Positions 57,672 to 64,000 of a DNA stretch of 64,000 nt are shown in pieces. The notes under the pieces were generated by a model. The model was given only the letters and a program-made list of their open reading frames with translations, searched no databases and was not told where the DNA came from. Position 1 is the stretch's first letter, and each line of letters begins with the position of its first letter. Source of the stretch: an uncultured Actinomycetes bacterium. Its GTDB lineage: Bacteria > Actinomycetota > Thermoleophilia > UBA2241. Made by a program: the position numbers and the translations under genes. The stretch lies in assembly GCA_963767005.1 (NCBI GenBank), contig CAVYCN010000004.1, forward strand, positions 1 to 64,000, in the 5' to 3' direction.

Positions 57672-58607
57672 CTACTCCGCGTTCGTCAGCGCCTGCCGGA
57701 AGCGCGCCACGGCGGCCGCGTTCCAATCGACGTGGTCGTTGCGCGCGCCGGTCAGGTCCTTGAAGAAGGGTGACGCGTTGGCCATGGCGTGGCCGATCAC
57801 GTCGTCGGTCGAGATGTCGTAGGTGGCCTGCAGCCAGGCGACAAGGCGCAGCGCGGCGTCGACCTGGTGCTGCCGCGCGAAGATGTCGGCGATCGCCTGC
57901 GTCGGCCCCGACGCGGCGGGCTGCACGAACTCGATGCCGATCGCGCACCAGTCGAGGCCGACCGTGTGCCGGCAGCGCACGTCGAGCGGCACCTGCTGGT
58001 AGATCGTGCCGTCCTCGGCGATCACGAAGTGGGCGGCCACGCCGGGCAGCTCGCCGAGGGCCGGCGCGTTCGACGCGAAGGTGTTGTGCGCGGCGCCGTA
58101 GGTCGAGGTGGCGGTGTAATGCAGCACGATGACCTTGGGCTGCAGCACCCAGGTGTCCTGCCCGTAGTGGCGCTTGCTGAAGGCCGCCATCTCGGCCTTG
58201 CGGGCGGGACCGTAGGGCACGAGGTCCTGGACGATCGGCGGGGCGACGATGCCGCTCGCGCCCGGCAACGGGGTGCCGCCGCTGGCGCCGGAGCTGGGCG
58301 TCGAACCGGGCCCGGCCGAGGTCGGCGAGCCGGCGGGCGACGCTCCCTGGCCACCTGACGTCGCCGCGGCGCTCGGGCTGTCCGACGTGGCGGCGAGCTG
58401 GGCCGGCGGCTTGTCGCCGTTGCCGGCCGCCTTGTGCTCCCAGCGCTGCCACGGCTTGAACACGGCGAGCGCGCCGGCGGCCAGTACGACGAGGACGATG
58501 AAGACGAACGCGAGGCTGCGTCGCCGGCGCGCGCGCCGGCGTGACTCCTCGCGCCGCACCATGCGCGGACCGCTCTCGCCGGGGCCTCGCTCGAAGAAGT
58601 CGCTCAT
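57672..58607 (-). CDS. N-acetylmuramoyl-L-alanine amidase (Amidase_2), membrane-anchored
   Basis: TM, IVLHYT, AHFVI..DGTIYQ, RH..G, AIGIE, VIGH. Confidence 0.88.
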   Translation of the reverse strand: MSDFFERGPGESGPRMVRREESRRRARRRRSLAFVFIVLVVLAAGALAVFKPWQRWEHKAAGNGDKPPAQLAATSDSPSAAATSGGQGASPAGSPTSAGPGSTPSSGASGGTPLPGASGIVAPPIVQDLVPYGPARKAEMAAFSKRHYGQDTWVLQPKVIVLHYTATSTYGAAHNTFASNAPALGELPGVAAHFVIAEDGTIYQQVPLDVRCRHTVGLDWCAIGIEFVQPAASGPTQAIADIFARQHQVDAALRLVAWLQATYDISTDDVIGHAMANASPFFKDLTGARNDHVDWNAAAVARFRQALTNAE

Positions 58608-58692
58608 GATCCTCCGTCTTCTTGCGTAGCCCTACACGGTACACGCCGTGAAGCGACGGTGCACGCCCTGGTCCGGCTCGCGTGCCCCAGAC

Positions 58693-59526
58693 TCAGACCG
58701 CCACCGCGAGCAGGCTGACACCGGCCAGCGTGCAGGCGATGCCGACCCACTGATGCCGGCGCGGCCGTTCATGCAGCAGGGCCACGCCGAGGATCACGGC
58801 GAAGGTGCCGAACTGCGTCGTGGCGATGGCCGCCACGGTGGGCGGCCCCATGGCGATGGCCAGCGTGAAGCACGACAGGCCGCCGAGCTCGAGTACGCCG
58901 GCCCCGATCGCCACCGGGCGCAGTCGCCCGGGCAGGGCGAGGCCGCCCGTCAGCAGCGCGAACGGCAGGGCCACGGCGAGCGATACCGTGCGCGAGATCG
59001 CCGCCTGCGACAGCCAGCTCAGGGCGTGGGCGTAGCTGTACAGCACGAGGACGCCGCCGAACAGCAGGCCCGACGCCAGGGCCCACGGGACGCCGCGGGT
59101 TGTCTTGGCGCGGTGCTCGATCGAGGCGAGTACGGCGCCCAGCACGCACAGCGCAAGCGACACGGCGAGCAGCGGAGTAAGTCGCGAGCCAAGCAGCACG
59201 AACGCCCCGGTCGCGTAGGCGCCCTGCAGCGCGTTGAGCGCCGACATCAGGCCGAGGTCGCCGCTCGCCAGGGCGCGCAGCAGGCAGACGAAGGCGGCCA
59301 CGTAGATGGCCCCGGCGAGAGCCGCGAAGCCGGCGGCGCGCCACTGCGCGCCGCCGCTCGGCAAGCCGTCCACGATCAGCGCGACGGGCAAGACGATCAC
59401 GGCGCCCGTGACCAGCACCCACGCGACCTGGACGAGCGCTCGCGTCGCGCGCGTCACCCGCTGCGACAGCATGTCGCTCGACGCGTACGAGAAGGCGGAG
59501 AGCAGGCCGACGAGGACGGTGAGCAC
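58693..59526 (-). CDS. EamA/DMT-family transporter
   Basis: About 10 TM; GVALLHERP...QWVGI; TAGACT 6 nt before GTG. Confidence 0.85.
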   Translation of the reverse strand: MLTVLVGLLSAFSYASSDMLSQRVTRATRALVQVAWVLVTGAVIVLPVALIVDGLPSGGAQWRAAGFAALAGAIYVAAFVCLLRALASGDLGLMSALNALQGAYATGAFVLLGSRLTPLLAVSLALCVLGAVLASIEHRAKTTRGVPWALASGLLFGGVLVLYSYAHALSWLSQAAISRTVSLAVALPFALLTGGLALPGRLRPVAIGAGVLELGGLSCFTLAIAMGPPTVAAIATTQFGTFAVILGVALLHERPRRHQWVGIACTLAGVSLLAVAV

Positions 59527-59600
59527 GGCGGTAGTCTACAGGAGGGGACGCGGGTCCGGCTCTGTGCGGGCACCAGGTCCCGCGCGCGCCCGACGACCCC

Positions 59601-61421
59601 TCAGAGCGACAGCAGCTCGTCCCGGGCGACACCGTCGGCGCGGGCCGGCGCCGGCACACCGAGGGCGCGGCAGACCGTCGGAGCCACGTCGACGAGCCGC
59701 ACCGTGTGGTCGGGCAGCACGCCACGCGCTGCGCCGAGGCCCGCGACCAGGCAGAGCGCCGGCATGCCCCAGTCGCCCGCCGTGAGGGTCTCGGCGGGGA
59801 GCATCGAGCCGTGGACCTCGGAGAACTGCGGCCGCACGGCGTAGACCACGTCGCCGGCGCCCGGTCCGCCGACGCCGAGGGCGCCCGCCTGCTCCGTCGG
59901 CGCGACGAGGGTGAACGGACTCAGGCCGGTGTCGGGGTCGCGGTAGCCGCGCAGCGCCTCGAGCACGCGCTCGAGCACATGCGCGGCGTCGCCGCGGCCG
60001 ACGACGCCGCGCGGCTCGCGACCCGTCCGGTTCAGCCGCACGAAGCAGGTGCCCTGCGGCGCGGCCAGCGTCTGCTCCCAATCGACCCGGCCGTCCGCGT
60101 CGGTTACATACAGCCCGGCGTCGCGCAGGATGCCGGCGAGCGGGACGGGCTGCCCGGGCGGCATCACGCCGTGATCCGACACGAGCACGACGAGCGCGTC
60201 GTCGCCGGCCGCTCCGAGCAGCCGGCCGAGCGCGGCGTCGACCTGCCGGTAGACGCGCAGCTCGGCCTCTTCGAAACGCCGCTCAGCTACGCCGGACGTC
60301 CGGCGGTGACTGACGGCCTCGAGGCACAGATGGTAGAAGGTGTCGACCGCGTGGAAGTGCGCGCAGAGCAGATCGCAAGGCTCGTGCTCGAGCAGGTGAG
60401 AGCAGGCGTCGGCGAGCCAGCGCGTCGACAGCTCGGTGAGCTCCACGAGGGTATCGAGCTCGATCCGTCCGGCCGAAAACGCCTCCCAGCCCACACCGGG
60501 GGTGGGCAGGCCGCCGAACCCGGACCAGTCGTCGAGCACGCCGGCCGGCTGCTCGAGCCAGGTCGCCCGGCAGACGTCGCTGACGTACAGACGGAACCGG
60601 CCGGCCGCCGGGTCGAGGTCGAGCAGCTTGAGCATGAAGAGGCCGGGCACGGTATGGCCGCCCGCCATGAAGGGGTGGACGAGGCGCTCGCTCCACTCGC
60701 CCGGGGCGAGCTCGGCGAGCGCCTCGCCGCTCCCCGGCAACCCGAAGCGCGCGACCGGACGGCCCGACCGGACGGTGATGCGACAGGTGAGCGCGAGCCC
60801 CGGCGCCACCGGGTCGAACGCCGCGCCGTAGGTGAACGGCAGCTCGAACGGCGCCCCGTCGGGCGGCAACGTGACCCGCGCTGCCTCCGGATCACCCTCC
60901 GTCGAGAAACACTGCTCGGCGGCGAGCGCCACCAGCCGGTCTCTGCCGGGCTGGTCGATGCGCCACTCGTCGAGCTCGATCCCGGCCCCGCCCACGACGA
61001 CGAGCCGCCCCGGAGTGCTCGCGACCCGCGGTGGCCAGGCGCCCGGCCAGTTCACCACGACGGCGTGCCGGCCGGCGCGGACCGCCGCCTCCCACACGAG
61101 CTCGGCGCTCACCGCGCGCGCGTCGAAGCCCTGCGAGCTCTCGCCGGGCAGCTCGCCGGGCCGTTGCGGGTTGAAGTCGCTCACGCCGTGCGTACTCGGC
61201 CAGGCGCCGCTGGCGATCGTCGCCCAGTTGGTCGTGGTCAGCGTGGGCATCGCCGGCAGGGCCCGGGTGAAGCAGCCGTCGGCGAGCAGGCTCTGGCCGA
61301 CGGGGAGCACGCCGGCCGCGGCGAAACGGCGCCAGCGTCCCGGCACGACCGCGTCGAGGCCGATCAGCAACGCACGACGTGGCCGGGCGGTCACAGCCAG
61401 GTCTCTCGACCCGCCGCCCAT
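59601..61421 (-). CDS. Alkaline phosphatase superfamily (type I phosphodiesterase/nucleotide pyrophosphatase-like)
   Basis: LIGLDA, PTLTTTNWATIASG..P..HG, D..H, VSDHG, LVDVAPT. Confidence 0.88.
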   Translation of the reverse strand: MGGGSRDLAVTARPRRALLIGLDAVVPGRWRRFAAAGVLPVGQSLLADGCFTRALPAMPTLTTTNWATIASGAWPSTHGVSDFNPQRPGELPGESSQGFDARAVSAELVWEAAVRAGRHAVVVNWPGAWPPRVASTPGRLVVVGGAGIELDEWRIDQPGRDRLVALAAEQCFSTEGDPEAARVTLPPDGAPFELPFTYGAAFDPVAPGLALTCRITVRSGRPVARFGLPGSGEALAELAPGEWSERLVHPFMAGGHTVPGLFMLKLLDLDPAAGRFRLYVSDVCRATWLEQPAGVLDDWSGFGGLPTPGVGWEAFSAGRIELDTLVELTELSTRWLADACSHLLEHEPCDLLCAHFHAVDTFYHLCLEAVSHRRTSGVAERRFEEAELRVYRQVDAALGRLLGAAGDDALVVLVSDHGVMPPGQPVPLAGILRDAGLYVTDADGRVDWEQTLAAPQGTCFVRLNRTGREPRGVVGRGDAAHVLERVLEALRGYRDPDTGLSPFTLVAPTEQAGALGVGGPGAGDVVYAVRPQFSEVHGSMLPAETLTAGDWGMPALCLVAGLGAARGVLPDHTVRLVDVAPTVCRALGVPAPARADGVARDELLSL

Positions 61422-61591
61422 GAGCAGAGACGGCTCTCACGCGCGCGCGAGCAGCCCACAGGGTCCCCCCGGTCCGGTTACGCGGCCGCGCTCCACGGCC
61501 CCGAAGGCAATCATACGCAAGCAATCACGGGCGCGCCAAGACCCCGCGGCACGGCACAGGGCCGTGCGAGTGCCCGATCGCCGCGCGGCCG

Positions 61592-62806
61592 CTACCGCGC
61601 GGCCGGCCGGCCCACGAGGCTGTCGGCGTACCGGCGAGGCGACAGGCCGGCGTGCCTCGTGGCGATGGTCTCGGCCAGGCGATCGAGCGCCTCGAGGTCG
61701 GCGGCGCGCGGCAGGCCCCTGACCATCACGGGCTCGAGAAACTCGAGCTTGAGGCGCCCGAGCAGCTCCTGGATGGTCTCGACCGTCCTGCCCGCCCAGC
61801 CGTACGAACCGATCACCGTGGCGAACTTGGTGCGCGGCCGCAGGGCATTGGCCAGAAAGGCCGCGCTCGCCGCGAGCGGGTGCGGGCCGGTGAGCACGGT
61901 CGGCGTGCCCAGCACGAGGGTGCCGGCGTGCACGAGCGAGGTCGCGAGCTCGCCGGCGTCGAGGGTCGTCAGGTCGAAACGCTCGACGGTGACGCCGCGG
62001 TCGGAGAGCGCCATCGTCAGGCGGTCGACCATGAGACGCGTGCTGTCGTGCATCGACACGAAGGGCAGGCAGACGATGTTCTGGGGCTCGCCGCCGGCCC
62101 AGTCGCGGTAGGCGTCGATGATGAAGGCGGGGTCGTCGTAGACCGGGCCGTGGCTCGGCCCGATCAGCTCGATCGGATGGGCCGTGACCTTGGCGATGTT
62201 CTTCAGCACCTGCGGGCCGAACGGCATCATGATCTCGGCGTAGTAACGCTTGGCCCCGTCGTAGACCTCGTGGCGGTCGGCGAACAGGTCGCTCGTCGCC
62301 AGGTGCGACCCAAAGAAGTCGCAGCTGAACAGGATGCGGTCCTCGGCGAGCCAGGTGCACATCGTCTCGGGCCAGTGCACCCAGGGGGTGAAGACGAAGG
62401 TCAGCGTCTTGCCGCCCAGGTCGAGCGTGTCGCCGTCGGCGACGACGCGGAACCGGCCGTCGTCGATATGCAGGTGGTCGACGAGCATCGCCCTGGCCTT
62501 CTCGTTGCACACGATCTCGAGGCCGGGGTAGCGCTCGAGCAGGAGCGGCGCGCAGCCCGAGTGGTCCTGCTCCACGTGGTGGATGACGAGGTAGTCGGGC
62601 GCCGGCAGGCTGTCGAGCTGACCGGCGAGCGTCGCCCAGGCGGCGGGGTCGACCGTGTCGATCAGCGCGCTCTTCTGGGCGCCCTTCACGAAGTAGGCGT
62701 TGTAGCTCGTGCCGTCGGGCAGCGGGATGAGCGCGTCGAACAGGCGCCGGTCCCAGTCGACGTGACCGATCAGGTAGACGTTGTCTCGGAGCGCTCGTGC
62801 TTTCAT
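61592..62806 (-). CDS. fprA: Flavodiiron protein (FprA type)
   Basis: GTSYNAY, HVEQDHSG, VHWPE, SCDFFG.H, PSHG, flavodoxin domain GSYGW; TATAAT at 62864-62869 (minus strand). Confidence 0.93.
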   Translation of the reverse strand: MKARALRDNVYLIGHVDWDRRLFDALIPLPDGTSYNAYFVKGAQKSALIDTVDPAAWATLAGQLDSLPAPDYLVIHHVEQDHSGCAPLLLERYPGLEIVCNEKARAMLVDHLHIDDGRFRVVADGDTLDLGGKTLTFVFTPWVHWPETMCTWLAEDRILFSCDFFGSHLATSDLFADRHEVYDGAKRYYAEIMMPFGPQVLKNIAKVTAHPIELIGPSHGPVYDDPAFIIDAYRDWAGGEPQNIVCLPFVSMHDSTRLMVDRLTMALSDRGVTVERFDLTTLDAGELATSLVHAGTLVLGTPTVLTGPHPLAASAAFLANALRPRTKFATVIGSYGWAGRTVETIQELLGRLKLEFLEPVMVRGLPRAADLEALDRLAETIATRHAGLSPRRYADSLVGRPAAR

Positions 62807-62970
62807 TGGGATCAGACCCCCGTGGCGTCTGTTGGTGGTCGCAAAGTGGCGGATCGTCTCGCGATTATACCGTCGCGCCCAACGAGCCCTCGCAAGCCGG
62901 CCGCCGCCCCTTTCGCTGGCCGTGAGCACACGAATCGCGTATGGTCCGTGCCAGATCCTGGGAGGGGGAC

Positions 62971-64000
62971 ATGAGCGACTTGATCCTGCGCACCGACTCC
63001 GCGTACGACTACCAGCTCACCATCAAGAACCTGTTCCTGACGCCCATCGCCGACAACCCTGAGCAAGAGATCACCTACCGGGGCCAGTTCCGCATGACCT
63101 ACACGACGTTCCGCGAGCGCGTGCGCCGCCTGGCGGCGGCGCTCATCGGCCTCGGCGTCAAGCCCGGCGACACCGTCGGCGTGCTCGACTGGGACAGCCA
63201 CCGGTACCTCGAGTGCTTCTACGCGATCCCCATGATCGGCGCCGTGCTGCACACGGTGAACGTGCGCCTGTCGCCCGAGCAACTCGTCTACACGATCGAC
63301 CACGCCGAAGACAGCCTGCTGCTCATCAACGCCGAGTTCCTGCCGCTCGTCGAGCACATCAAGGGGCGCATCGACACGGTCAAGCAGATCGTCCTGCTGA
63401 CCGACGACGGCGGCGTCGACACGCCGCTCGCGTTCGCCGGCGAGTACGAGGCGCTGCTCGCCGCCGCCGCGCCGCTCGCCGAGTTCCCCGACTTGAACGA
63501 GGACACGCGGGCGACCACCTTCTACTCGACCGGCACCACCGGCCTGCCCAAGGGCGTCTCGTTCACCCACCGCCAGCTCGTGCTGCACGTGCTGAGCTGC
63601 ACCGCCACGATCTGCTCGGCGCGCGCCGCCAGCCTGTCGCGCTCCGACGTGTACATGCCGCTCACGCCGATGTTCCACGTGCACGCCTGGGGCATCCCCT
63701 ACATCGCGACGATGCTGGGCCTCAAGCAGGTCTACCCGGGCAAGTACGTGCCCGATGTGCTGCTGCGGCTGCTCGCCACCGAGGGCGTCACCTACTCGCA
63801 CTGCGTGCCCTCGATCCTGCACATGCTGGTCGGGAACCCCGCCACGGCGGCCGTCGACCTGTCGCGCTGGAAGGTGATCATCGGCGGCGCCGCGCTGCCC
63901 AGGTCGATCGCCCTGGCCGCGCTCAAGCGCGGCATCGACGTGGTCGTCGGCTACGGCCTGTCGGAGACCTGCCCGGTGCTCACCATCTCCGACCTGACGA
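62971..64000 (+). CDS. Fatty-acid/acyl-CoA ligase (AlkK/DmdB-like), truncated by the window end
   Basis: SD GGAGGGG; DWDSHRYLE, YSTGTTGLPKGV, PMFHVHAWG, GYGLSET. Confidence 0.92.
   Translation, partial: MSDLILRTDSAYDYQLTIKNLFLTPIADNPEQEITYRGQFRMTYTTFRERVRRLAAALIGLGVKPGDTVGVLDWDSHRYLECFYAIPMIGAVLHTVNVRLSPEQLVYTIDHAEDSLLLINAEFLPLVEHIKGRIDTVKQIVLLTDDGGVDTPLAFAGEYEALLAAAAPLAEFPDLNEDTRATTFYSTGTTGLPKGVSFTHRQLVLHVLSCTATICSARAASLSRSDVYMPLTPMFHVHAWGIPYIATMLGLKQVYPGKYVPDVLLRLLATEGVTYSHCVPSILHMLVGNPATAAVDLSRWKVIIGGAALPRSIALAALKRGIDVVVGYGLSETCPVLTISDLT

Noticed and set aside
787-63822. Many long Arg/Ala/Gly-rich ORFs overlapping real genes (e.g. 787-3132 -, 6781-9339 -, 48484-51384 +)
   Set aside because: Shadow ORFs expected at high GC; no motifs. 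Real genes were taken from the motif-bearing parts of the correct frames.
1-64000. tRNA, rRNA, transposase or prophage genes
   Set aside because: None recognised by eye; a covariance-model search was not possible, so small ncRNAs cannot be excluded.

Overview
64-kb chromosomal window from a very GC-rich bacterium (about 70-75% GC by eye). Gene content and frequent leaderless promoters point to Actinomycetota, possibly a Thermoleophilia-like lineage with anaerobic or microaerobic metabolism (inference). About 55 CDSs; no rRNA, tRNA, CRISPR or transposase recognised. The most notable locus is a tightly coupled 9.5-kb heterodisulfide-reductase operon (27496-37021): hdrB, hdrL (HdrA with an NAD(P)H-binding GltD/NfnB insert), mvhD, a ferredoxin, an hdrA-mvhD fusion, a compact hdrC-hdrB fusion and hdrC. 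Every Hdr module occurs twice in divergent form, there is no hydrogenase, Flx or Fdh partner in the operon, HdrB and HdrC resemble methanogen proteins, and the HdrL has lost the Lys/Glu pair at its HdrA-type FAD site. Also present: a probable toxin end plus a degenerate attC-like site at the left edge, a GNAT/methyltransferase cluster, rlmKL, recQ, hemE-hemH-hemY, nadA, a LolA-like/ABC operon, lgt, a GH65 fused to a degenerate HAD domain, an htrA/two-component pair with mirror-image 11-bp boxes, fprA and a truncated acyl-CoA ligase. Several loop-less perfect palindromes of 40-52 bp occur, three of them in frame inside conserved genes. All family calls come from motif recognition, not database searches.
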